DNA from: Thermosulfurimonas dismutans
GTDB lineage: Bacteria; Desulfobacterota; Thermodesulfobacteria; Thermodesulfobacteriales; Thermodesulfobacteriaceae
Assembly: GCF_001652585.1 (NCBI RefSeq)
Contig: NZ_LWLG01000009.1
Span: 43,659-75,658 of the forward strand
Length of the DNA: 32,000 nucleotides
Direction: 5' to 3'
The notes beneath the pieces are model-generated. The model had not been told where the DNA came from. It was given only the letters and a program-made list of their open reading frames with translations, and did no database searches. Of the stretch, positions 18,225 to 25,815 are shown piece by piece. Each line of letters begins with the position of its first letter. Position 1 is the stretch's first letter. The position numbers and the translations under genes were made by a program.

Positions 18225-18302
18225 CGATCAAATCGTTTGTTTTAGTTTTAGCTCCAAAAATCGTTGCTACCGCCACCAAGGTAAGCACTATAGCTATAAG
18301 CG

Positions 18303-18794
18303 TTATATGGTACCCTTCTTTATTTGTTCGCAATACATATCAAAATCGCTTTCAACTCTACATATTTCATAATAGTCATTTCCAGAAGCAGAACCGACTT
18401 TACCAGTAGCACCGATCGCGAAACCATCATCATCACACAAAGCCACACTAGTAGTATTAGCTATAGCAATAAAATTGCTTGTAGCATTTGCAGTAGTTGC
18501 ATATTTGATGCTTACATCAAATAAATATTTGCCAACTTGCCCACTTTTAGTGCATGACTCTAATTGTCCAACATTCTTAAAAGATGGATCAATCTGACAT
18601 TCAGCAACAATATCTTGGGCACAATTTCGGGCCAAGTTGATCAAATCTTTAGCCTGAGCTTTCTCTTTGTATGTGGAATACTGGCTGATAGCCACCGCCG
18701 CCAAGATAGCGATGATCGCGATAACGATCATCAATTCAACAAGCGTAAAACCCTTTTCAGACCTTTTCTTCCTTAACTTCTTTACTTCCTTCAT
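18303..18794 (-). CDS. pilA: Type IV major pilin (PilA-like)
   Basis: MKEVKKLRKKRSEKG/FTLVELMIVIAIIAILAAVAISQY is a canonical prepilin leader plus hydrophobic helix. C-terminal Cys pair CRVESDFDMYC. Strong SD TAAGGAGGTG. Markedly AT-rich coding sequence. Confidence 0.85.
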   Translation of the reverse strand: MKEVKKLRKKRSEKGFTLVELMIVIAIIAILAAVAISQYSTYKEKAQAKDLINLARNCAQDIVAECQIDPSFKNVGQLESCTKSGQVGKYLFDVSIKYATTANATSNFIAIANTTSVALCDDDGFAIGATGKVGSASGNDYYEICRVESDFDMYCEQIKKGTI

Positions 18795-18834
18795 CCTGCC
18801 ACCTCCTTATATGTTTTTTTCGCATCAAAATCAC

Positions 18835-18850
18835 TACAAAAACCATGCCA
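18835..18850 (-). promoter_or_regulatory. Sigma-54-type -24/-12 promoter candidate for pilA
   Basis: The minus strand reads TGGCATGGTTTTTGTA against the consensus TGGCAC-N5-TTGCW. Spacing is correct and two defined positions deviate, including GC->GT at -12. It lies 40 nt upstream of the ATG. Confidence 0.5.
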
Positions 18851-18919
18851 AACCTTCAAATTCCAAATTCTTCCAATTTTTATGATTTTCAGGACCTATC
18901 CCTTCAGACTCCCAAGGCC

Positions 18920-20356
18920 TCAGTTCCGTTTTGGACAAAAATTGTCAGGCCTGGGACAAAAATTGTCAGGAAAACAGCCCACCCACTCCCGATTAATCGG
19001 GCCAAGGAGTATCACTCTTCCATAAGGGTCAATGATTCCCGAAAGGCCGGTATTCGAGACTTGGATAACGTAGCGGCGGGTCTCCACCGCCCGAAGGACC
19101 GACTGGTAAAAGTGTTGGGGCAAGGCCGCTGATTCTCCGAACCAAGCGTCGTTGGTGACTACGAGAAGCACCTCCGCCCCGGCACTCACCCGTTTCCGAG
19201 AAAGTTCGGGAAAGACGTTTTCAAAACAGATAAGAACCCCGAGTTTCTTGCCCGCGACCTCGATTACTCCCGAGCCTCGTCCGGGCTCGTAGTTGCCGGA
19301 GGCCACAGCCAAGTTCCTCAACCAAGGGAAATGCCTCTCAAAGGGCACGTACTCCCCAAAGGGCACCAAATGTTCTTTGTCGTAAACTCCAAAAATCTTT
19401 CCTTCTGGAGACAGGGCCACCAGACTGTTTTTCATAACGTAACGGCCTCCCTCCTTCTCAACCCTCGGGGCTCCGAAAAGTACGGGCACGCCGAGGTCTT
19501 TCACGCCGGAGATGAGCTTTCGGGAAAGGGGGTCCAGCGGAAAGAAGAAGGGCATGGCAGTCTCTGGCCAAACGATGAGGTCCGGATAGCAACCCAAGGC
19601 CTGCCGGGAGAGCTTCAGATATTTTTCAAGAGACTGGATCTCGTTGCCTTTTTGCCATTTTATATCCTGAGGGATGTTCCCTTGGACGAGAGCCACTTTA
19701 AAGGGAAAAGAAGACATCCCTTTGGGAACAACCAAAAATCCGTAGAGGAGGTCCAAAAGAATCAATAAAACGGCTAGGATCAAGATCCTTAAGGACCGCT
19801 TCCCGGACTTAGCCACGGCAAAGAAAGCGTAATTTAAGAAGGCAAGCATAAACGAGAGAAAATGAGTGCCTAAGTGCGCAGCTAGCTGGAGAAGATAGGG
19901 ATTGGGAGCCAGGGCTCCTCCGAGAGGCTCCCAAGGGAAGCCGGTAAAAAGATAGCCCCGTAGAGTCTCGAACAACACCCAAAGAAGGGCAAAGCCTATA
20001 CCGTGCAGAAGACTAGGAGCCCTCAAAAATCCCAGGATTTCGGAAAAACCGAAGGTCAGGGCCGGATAGAGGGCGAGGTAAAAAGCCAAAAGGAAATGGA
20101 CCGAAAGGGCCGCCAACCAGGGGAATCCTCCGAAGCGGACCATGACCGAAACCAGCCAGTAAAGCAAGGTGGCGAAATGGACAAGGCCCAGAAAAAGTCC
20201 CGCAAGGAAGGCTCGGCGGAAGCCTTTTTCCGCGGCCTCTAAAAGTGCCGGAACCAAGGCCCAAAAGGCCAGTGGATAAAAAGCAACTTTGGGAAAAGAG
20301 AGGGTAAGGAGGAGGCCTCCCGCCATCGAAAGGAAGGGAAACTCACTGAACCTCAT
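18920..20356 (-). CDS. lnt: Apolipoprotein N-acyltransferase
   Basis: 478 aa. N-terminal polytopic region plus a CN-hydrolase domain (VALVQGNI...WPE...VLICFE...). It overlaps corC by 14 nt. The last 18 codons are the regulatory repeats. Confidence 0.9.
   Translation of the reverse strand: MRFSEFPFLSMAGGLLLTLSFPKVAFYPLAFWALVPALLEAAEKGFRRAFLAGLFLGLVHFATLLYWLVSVMVRFGGFPWLAALSVHFLLAFYLALYPALTFGFSEILGFLRAPSLLHGIGFALLWVLFETLRGYLFTGFPWEPLGGALAPNPYLLQLAAHLGTHFLSFMLAFLNYAFFAVAKSGKRSLRILILAVLLILLDLLYGFLVVPKGMSSFPFKVALVQGNIPQDIKWQKGNEIQSLEKYLKLSRQALGCYPDLIVWPETAMPFFFPLDPLSRKLISGVKDLGVPVLFGAPRVEKEGGRYVMKNSLVALSPEGKIFGVYDKEHLVPFGEYVPFERHFPWLRNLAVASGNYEPGRGSGVIEVAGKKLGVLICFENVFPELSRKRVSAGAEVLLVVTNDAWFGESAALPQHFYQSVLRAVETRRYVIQVSNTGLSGIIDPYGRVILLGPINREWVGCFPDNFCPRPDNFCPKRN
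18933..18970. promoter_or_regulatory. Two exact 17-bp direct repeats, each with a GACAA-N3-TTGTC dyad, 21 bp apart: candidate enhancer (UAS) for the pilA promoter
   Basis: GGACAAAAATTGTCAGG occurs at 18933-18949 and 18954-18970. This is confirmed by the duplicated peptides TKIVR (+ ORF) and PDNFCP (lnt frame). The repeat centres lie about 90 and 111 bp upstream of the -24 GG. Confidence 0.45.
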
Positions 20357-21158
20357 GGGGCGGGATTGACGGGCGTACCCTCAAAGCCCTTACGGCCCGT
20401 TCGTCAGCTTGAAGAACCTCCACTTCGAGTCCCGGAAGGCTCACACGCTCTCCTGAATGCGGCAAGCGCCCCAACTTGTCGGTAATAAGACCGGCCAGAG
20501 TCTCAAAATCTCCCCGGGGAAGTTCTATCTTCAAGACCCTTTCGATTTCTTCAATAGGGGTTTCAGGATTCACATGGTACCAGCCCTCGCGATCCTCTGG
20601 AAACCCGATCCTTTTTACCGGAAAGAGAAACTCAAGGAGATCCTTGAGACGGATCATACCGGAAAGACTACCGAGTTCATCTATCACCAGGGCCACGGAT
20701 TCGCCCCGATCACGGAAACCCTTGAGGGCCTCCCGCACCTTAAGGCTTTCAGGAATTACGTAGGCCAAACGCACAAGTTCTTTGAGACGAAAGTCTTGTC
20801 CGAAATGAGATGCCAGGTCCTTTAAGGACACAACCCCTAGAAAATTGTCCAAATTTTCCTCGTAAACCGGATAATAAGAATGAGGGCTTTTCGAAATCAC
20901 CTCCCAAATCTTTTCCATGGGCCAATCCACCGGCAGAGCTACAAGTTCCTTCCTAGGAATCATCAGCTCTCGGACAGCCACTCTTCGAAGCTTGAGGACC
21001 GCAAGGACGATCTCCCTCTCCTCAGCGGTAAAGAGGCCCTCTCGCTCGGCCTCAGAAATAAGTTCCGAAAGTTCTTCGGTAAATTCAGCCAGATGTTCCT
21101 CGGGACTTTTTTGAAAGAGCGCCTTCAGGACCTCAAACCACGACGGCTCGTCTGGCAC
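20343..21158 (-). CDS. corC: CBS-pair + CorC/HlyC-domain protein (CorC/YbeX-like)
   Basis: 271 aa. GTG start with AAGGAGG 10 nt upstream. Tandem CBS domains and a C-terminal transporter-associated domain. The corC-lnt adjacency matches the E. coli ybeX-lnt arrangement. Confidence 0.85.
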   Translation of the reverse strand: MPDEPSWFEVLKALFQKSPEEHLAEFTEELSELISEAEREGLFTAEEREIVLAVLKLRRVAVRELMIPRKELVALPVDWPMEKIWEVISKSPHSYYPVYEENLDNFLGVVSLKDLASHFGQDFRLKELVRLAYVIPESLKVREALKGFRDRGESVALVIDELGSLSGMIRLKDLLEFLFPVKRIGFPEDREGWYHVNPETPIEEIERVLKIELPRGDFETLAGLITDKLGRLPHSGERVSLPGLEVEVLQADERAVRALRVRPSIPPHEVQ

Positions 21159-21222
21159 CTTCCTATAGCCTCCTTTTAGTCTTTAATGTAAGGACCTCTC
21201 TAAATTCCCAACTGTTAAGATC

Positions 21223-21250
21223 TTCATACCTTCCCACTAGAAAAAGTCAA
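21223..21250 (-). promoter_or_regulatory. Candidate sigma-70 promoter for corC-lnt
   Basis: The minus strand reads TTGACT, a 16-nt spacer, then TATGAA. It lies ~60 nt upstream of the GTG start. Confidence 0.35.
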
Positions 21251-21260
21251 CGGCCTCCCC

Positions 21261-21289
21261 TTGTTTACTTTCAAAGACTAGGATAGAAT
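21261..21289 (+). promoter_or_regulatory. Candidate sigma-70 promoter for the activator operon
   Basis: TTGTTT, a 17-nt spacer, then TAGAAT. It lies ~30 nt upstream of the first possible start. Confidence 0.35.
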
Positions 21290-21318
21290 TGGCAAAATTG
21301 TAAAAATAGGTTTACGAA

Positions 21319-22887
21319 TTGAAGGGGATGTCCTCGCACACATTAGAGGAATTGGCATGTCTGTATGAGATTGCTAGTACTTTAGCCAGCACTCTGGATT
21401 TAAGAGAGACTTTACAAAAAACCCTTTCCATTCTTTCGGAACGCTTCGAGCTCAAGCGCGGAACCATCACCATCTTCAATCCTCGAACCGGGGAGATCCA
21501 GATCGAGGTAGCCCACGGGCTTTCGGAGGAGGCCCGAAGACGAGGACGCTACCGTCCGGGAGAGGGTATTACGGGAGAAGTGGTGGCCACCGGCCAGCCC
21601 ATCATCGTGCCCCAGATAAGCGAAGATCCCCGGTTCCTCAATAAAACCCGAAGCCGGAAGGAAGAAGAAAAAAAGAGCCTTTCTTTCATCTGCGTGCCCA
21701 TCAAAAGTGGCGGGCAGGTTCTAGGAACTCTTTCGGTAGACCGTCCCACGGCAGACACTGCAGAGCTCGGTGAAAACCTGCGTTTTCTTACCATCGTCTC
21801 CGGGTTGATCGCCCAAACGGTGGCCAAACTTCAAGCCTTAGAAGAGGAACGGGCTCAACTCCTGGAGGAAAACCTGCGCCTCAAGCACGAACTTCGAGAC
21901 AAATATCAGCTCGAAAATTTTATAGCCACCAGTTCCAGAATGCAGGAAGTCCTGGAAATGATAGACCGGGTGGCCCAGAGTCCGGCTACGGTGCTTTTGC
22001 GGGGAGAATCCGGAACCGGGAAAACCCTCATCGCCCGTATCATCCACTACAACAGCCCCCGAGCAGAAGGACCATTTGTCTCCGTGCCCTGTACGGCCAT
22101 TCCGGAAAGTCTCATCGAATCCGAGCTCTTTGGTTATGAAAAAGGGGCCTTCACCGGAGCCCACAACCGCAAAATCGGACTCATGGAAAAGGCCCACGGA
22201 GGAACGCTTTTCCTAGACGAGATCGGGGATCTTCCGCTTCCCATTCAGGCCAAGCTCCTTCATGCCATCCAGGAAAAGGAGTTCTACCGTCTGGGAGGTA
22301 CGGAGCCTATCAAGGTGGACGTACGCATCATAGCCGCCACCAATCGCAATCTCGAAGAACTGGTGGAAAAGGGCCTTTTTCGGGAGGACCTCTATTATCG
22401 TTTGAGCGTCTTTCCTATATTCATTCCGCCTCTCAGGGAACGCCCTACGGACATCATCCCTTTGGCGGAATACTTCCTTGAGAAATATTGCCGGCTTTAC
22501 GGTAAGAACATAAAACGTCTTTCCTCCCCAGCCATAGATCTTCTTATGCAATATCACTGGCCGGGAAACGTGAGAGAGCTTGAGAACGCCGTTGAACGGG
22601 CGGTCCTCATCTGTGACGAGGAGGTCATACGGAGCTACCACCTTCCGCCTAGCCTGCAGACGGCCAAAAGTTCGGATACTCGAGCCAAGCTCACTTTAGC
22701 CGAGGCGGTGGAGAAGGTAGAAAGAGAGCTCATCGTGGAAGCCCTGAAGGAAACCCGTGGCAACCAGAGTCGTGCGGCCGAGCTTCTGGGGACAACCCTC
22801 CGGATCCTCAACTACAAAATTCGTAAGTACGGCATCAATCCCAAGCTCTTTCGAATTTCTAGAAAAGAAGCCTCTAAAAATGCCTGA
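21319..22887 (+). CDS. Sigma-54-dependent transcriptional activator (GAF - AAA+ - Fis-type HTH; NifA-like architecture)
   Basis: N-terminal GAF domain. Walker A GESGTGKT. The sigma-54 contact loop GAFTGA (YEKGAFTGA). C-terminal HTH RAAELLGTTLRILNYKIRKYGI. The start may be TTG 21319 or ATG 21328. Confidence 0.9.
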   Translation: MKGMSSHTLEELACLYEIASTLASTLDLRETLQKTLSILSERFELKRGTITIFNPRTGEIQIEVAHGLSEEARRRGRYRPGEGITGEVVATGQPIIVPQISEDPRFLNKTRSRKEEEKKSLSFICVPIKSGGQVLGTLSVDRPTADTAELGENLRFLTIVSGLIAQTVAKLQALEEERAQLLEENLRLKHELRDKYQLENFIATSSRMQEVLEMIDRVAQSPATVLLRGESGTGKTLIARIIHYNSPRAEGPFVSVPCTAIPESLIESELFGYEKGAFTGAHNRKIGLMEKAHGGTLFLDEIGDLPLPIQAKLLHAIQEKEFYRLGGTEPIKVDVRIIAATNRNLEELVEKGLFREDLYYRLSVFPIFIPPLRERPTDIIPLAEYFLEKYCRLYGKNIKRLSSPAIDLLMQYHWPGNVRELENAVERAVLICDEEVIRSYHLPPSLQTAKSSDTRAKLTLAEAVEKVERELIVEALKETRGNQSRAAELLGTTLRILNYKIRKYGINPKLFRISRKEASKNA

Positions 22888-24079
22888 ACAACTGGAACTC
22901 TTCCCTGACTTTTCGCCCATCAAACCCCGAATCGTTCCCCGTTCGGAACACCCTATTTCTCGAAAGATGATCCCCAGAGAGGCCCTCAAGGTCCTCTACC
23001 GGTTGCATGACGCCGGATACCTGGCCTATCTCGTCGGAGGAAGCGTAAGGGACCTTCTCCTAGGACTTCCCCCCAAGGATTTCGACGTGGGCACGGATGC
23101 CCGGCCAGAGGAAATCCGGAGACTTTTTCGAGCCAGCCGGATCATCGGTCGCCGGTTTCGGCTGGTACACGTCTATTTCCGCGGAGGCAAGTTCGTAGAG
23201 GTAGTCACCTTTCGAGGGCCGGAAAGCGCGGAAGAAAACGGAGAAGAAATCTACGGTACCCCGGAAGAAGACGCCTTCCGTCGCGATCTTACTATCAACG
23301 CTCTTTTCTACAATATCGCCGATTTCACCATCATTGATTACGTCGGTGGACTTGAGGACCTAAAAAACGGCACCATCCGGGTTATAGGGAACCCGGACCT
23401 ACGTTTCATTCGTGATCCGGTAAGGATGCTCCGGGCCATAAGACACGCCGCCAGGGCGGGCTTTACCATTGAGCCGGCCACTTGGGAGGGCATCCTGCGA
23501 CATCGGGAAAAGATACGTCTTTGTTCTCCCATAAGACTGAGGGACGAATGGCTAAAGGATGTAAGCGGAGGCTGGGCTGCCCCTTGGTTAGACCTCATGC
23601 TCAAAAGTGGGCTCTTCCGGGAGATTTTTCCCCTCTATCACCGAGCCTTCTTGGATAGGCCGGATCTCCAAAATTTTCTTAAGACTCTCCTTGCGCGAGC
23701 CGATACCCTAGTAAAACAAAACAGACTGTCCCAGGCCGGGGCCTTGGCCTTCTTCCTCTATCCCTATCTTCTCTCACGGAATTTTTTGAGGCCTCTTGAA
23801 AAACCAGAAAGGCCTACTCAGGAGGTCGAACGGTATCTTCTCGAAATACTTGGTTCCTATCGCTTTTGTAAGGAGCTCTTTGAGGAAACCGTGGTCTTGC
23901 TCTCGGCTCTGCTATACTTACGATTCTTCGCCCTGAAAGGGAAGTCTCCTCCTAAAAAGCTCGTCCGAAAGAGCTATTTTCCGGAGCTCCGGCTCCTTTC
24001 AGAAAACATCTTCCCTGAGGAGAAGAAGAGGCTTAAAATTGAGGTCAAGGCACGGAAAAAGAAGCGAAGACGGAAGTAG
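22880..24079 (+). CDS. pcnB: Poly(A) polymerase I-type nucleotidyltransferase (PcnB family)
   Basis: I prefer the ATG at 22880, which overlaps the activator stop in ATGCCTGA. Motifs: LVGGSVRDLLLG, DFDVGT, RIIGRRFRLVHV. Basic C-terminal tail KARKKKRRRK. Confidence 0.8.
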   Translation: MPEQLELFPDFSPIKPRIVPRSEHPISRKMIPREALKVLYRLHDAGYLAYLVGGSVRDLLLGLPPKDFDVGTDARPEEIRRLFRASRIIGRRFRLVHVYFRGGKFVEVVTFRGPESAEENGEEIYGTPEEDAFRRDLTINALFYNIADFTIIDYVGGLEDLKNGTIRVIGNPDLRFIRDPVRMLRAIRHAARAGFTIEPATWEGILRHREKIRLCSPIRLRDEWLKDVSGGWAAPWLDLMLKSGLFREIFPLYHRAFLDRPDLQNFLKTLLARADTLVKQNRLSQAGALAFFLYPYLLSRNFLRPLEKPERPTQEVERYLLEILGSYRFCKELFEETVVLLSALLYLRFFALKGKSPPKKLVRKSYFPELRLLSENIFPEEKKRLKIEVKARKKKRRRK

Positions 24080-24820
24080 ATGCCGGATTATAAAAAATCT
24101 ATAGGCTTTCTCTTTTTAGAAAAAACCAAACTCGATCGCCAAGAACTTTTTTCCGGAGAAAGAGAAAAAATCTCGCCGGTTTCTTATGTTAAAACCTATT
24201 CCAAAGCGCCTCGCTATCCTCTTCCGCGGCCTAACTTCCCTCCAGCCGAACTTTTCGAGGTACTTGCTAGACGGAGAAGCAGCCGGATTTACCAGCGAGC
24301 CCCTCTAACTCTTGAAGAACTAAACCTCTTGCTTTATGCCTCACAAGGAGTCACGGGTAGGGCCGGACGTTACCTTCTCCGCACAGCCCCTTCGGCAGGA
24401 GCCTTGTATCCCATCGAAACCTATCTTGGTATAAACGCCGTCTCTGGTCTTCCTGCCGGACTCTATCATCTTGAGGTTACGGGATGGGTGCTCGAGGAGC
24501 TTGCCCGCGGAGAATTCGGATCGAAGCTCAAGGAAGCGGCCCTTGGGCAAAGTATGTGTGAGACCGCTTCGGTAGTCTTCATATGGTCGGCCATACCTCG
24601 TCGGACCATGTCCAAGTATGGAAGCCGCGGAATGCGATATATCTTCATGGACGTGGCGCACATTTGTCAAAACCTATTACTGGCCGCCGAGGCCTTGGGT
24701 CTCTCAGCGTGCCCCAGCGGGGCCTTCTTCGACGAGGAAATAAACGACCTTCTTGGCCTCGACGGTGAAGAGGAAACGGTAATCTATCTTGCTACCGTAG
24801 GGCGCCCTAAGATGCAATGA
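24080..24820 (+). CDS. SagB/ThcOx-family (nitroreductase-fold) dehydrogenase
   Basis: 246 aa. RRSSRIY, LLYASQGVTG and RTAPSAGALYPIETY motifs. The ATG immediately follows the pcnB TAG. Confidence 0.75.
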   Translation: MPDYKKSIGFLFLEKTKLDRQELFSGEREKISPVSYVKTYSKAPRYPLPRPNFPPAELFEVLARRRSSRIYQRAPLTLEELNLLLYASQGVTGRAGRYLLRTAPSAGALYPIETYLGINAVSGLPAGLYHLEVTGWVLEELARGEFGSKLKEAALGQSMCETASVVFIWSAIPRRTMSKYGSRGMRYIFMDVAHICQNLLLAAEALGLSACPSGAFFDEEINDLLGLDGEEETVIYLATVGRPKMQ

Positions 24821-25815
24821 TCGGGATCTGGCACGAAGGCGCCTTGGGGGATCTTCTGCTATCCCGGCTGGCCATCGCCCACCTCAAAAGAGAATTCGGA
24901 AGACTTACTCTCTACGCCCGAAATGAAGTCCGTAATCTTTACAAGGAGGCCGGTCTAGCCGATCAGGTCCTTTCCACAGAATACGGAATTCCCAAAGATT
25001 TGGAAATACTCTTTGTCTTCACCCGGAGCCCAAGCCTGCGGGAGCTCTTTGAGGAGGCCTTTTCCGGAAAAGTACATTTTATTGAAACCGTACCAAATGA
25101 AAGACGTCACGTAGCCCTTTTCCAGCTAGAAAGAGCCGGAGGCAAAGAGGTTCCAGCTGAAGGCCTGCTCCTTAAGCCACCGGGCTTTCTATGGACTCCG
25201 CAATATCTCTTGTGTCATCCAGGAAGCGGAGGACGAGCCAAGTGTTATCCTCGGGAAGACCTGAAACAAGCCTTAAAAATCCTCGGAGCCGAAGGGCTTC
25301 CGATCAAGGTAATCCTTGGTCCGGCGGAAATGGATCTTGAAGAGTTTTTCGGGGATTTCGAAGTGTTTTTGAGCTCGGACCTAGAGAAGGCTCTAAAGGT
25401 ACTTTCACGGGCCAAGCTCTTGGTGGGGAACGACTCCGGCCTAAGCCACCTAGCAGCCGCTCTGGGCGTCCCTACGCTAGCCCTTTTTGGCCCCACCGAT
25501 CCCGTTCTCTGGGCCCCCTTCGGGGGCCAGACAAAGATCCTCTATCCCTTCTCGAGGCTTCCCCCTAAAAGGCTTGCAACCGAAATACAAACCCTTCTCA
25601 GTACCACTGCCAGGTCTCGCCCTGAGACGGAGCCCCTTGAGAGGGAGGCGGAGCCGTGGGTGGAGAGGGTGGTGGAGCCGTCGGGGGTTGGTAGGTCTGA
25701 TACCGAGGCTGCGGTTGAGGCTGAGGAGCCAGAGCCCCAGGATAAGTCTGTGGCCTTTGAGGAGCTTGATTGGCTGGGGGTGGAGGTGGTGGTGGTGGAG
25801 GCGGAACCTCGCTGA
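24817..25815 (+). CDS. Glycosyltransferase family 9 (heptosyltransferase-like) with a ~70-codon acidic tail read antisense to the next gene
   Basis: GT9 signature GNDSGLSHLAAALGVPTLALFGPTDPVLWAP. ATGA overlap with the upstream gene. Homology-like sequence ends near 25600, but the frame stays open to 25815. Confidence 0.75.
   Translation: MIGIWHEGALGDLLLSRLAIAHLKREFGRLTLYARNEVRNLYKEAGLADQVLSTEYGIPKDLEILFVFTRSPSLRELFEEAFSGKVHFIETVPNERRHVALFQLERAGGKEVPAEGLLLKPPGFLWTPQYLLCHPGSGGRAKCYPREDLKQALKILGAEGLPIKVILGPAEMDLEEFFGDFEVFLSSDLEKALKVLSRAKLLVGNDSGLSHLAAALGVPTLALFGPTDPVLWAPFGGQTKILYPFSRLPPKRLATEIQTLLSTTARSRPETEPLEREAEPWVERVVEPSGVGRSDTEAAVEAEEPEPQDKSVAFEELDWLGVEVVVVEAEPR

Noticed and set aside
17966-18372. 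ORFs of 60-67 aa within the pilin-pilin spacer
   Set aside because: They have no RBS, show low-complexity or odd composition, and overlap the strong hairpin. They are most likely non-coding.
18903-18913. TTCAGACTCC resembling the TTCGACTCC T-arm of tRNA-Arg(UCG), considered as a possible att repeat closing a pilin island
   Set aside because: Only about 9-10 nt are similar, with an indel, and there is no integrase. This is not distinguishable from chance.
18920-18975. PDNFCP-R-PDNFCP considered as a functional repeat motif of Lnt
   Set aside because: The repeat is exact at the DNA level (a 17-mer occurring twice), contains dyad symmetry and sits at enhancer distance from a -24/-12 element. 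A DNA-level function explains it better than a protein repeat.
21290-21302. TGGCAAAATTGTA upstream of the activator gene, considered as a third copy of the pilA dyad (autoregulation)
   Set aside because: Only about 8 of 13 positions match GACAAAAATTGTC and the left half-site is missing. That is chance level in AT-rich intergenic DNA.
24080-24820. SagB-like dehydrogenase considered as a marker of a thiazole/oxazole (TOMM/RiPP) cluster
   Set aside because: There is no YcaO cyclodehydratase, no E1-like or docking protein and no small precursor ORF nearby. The neighbours are pcnB and a GT9 transferase.
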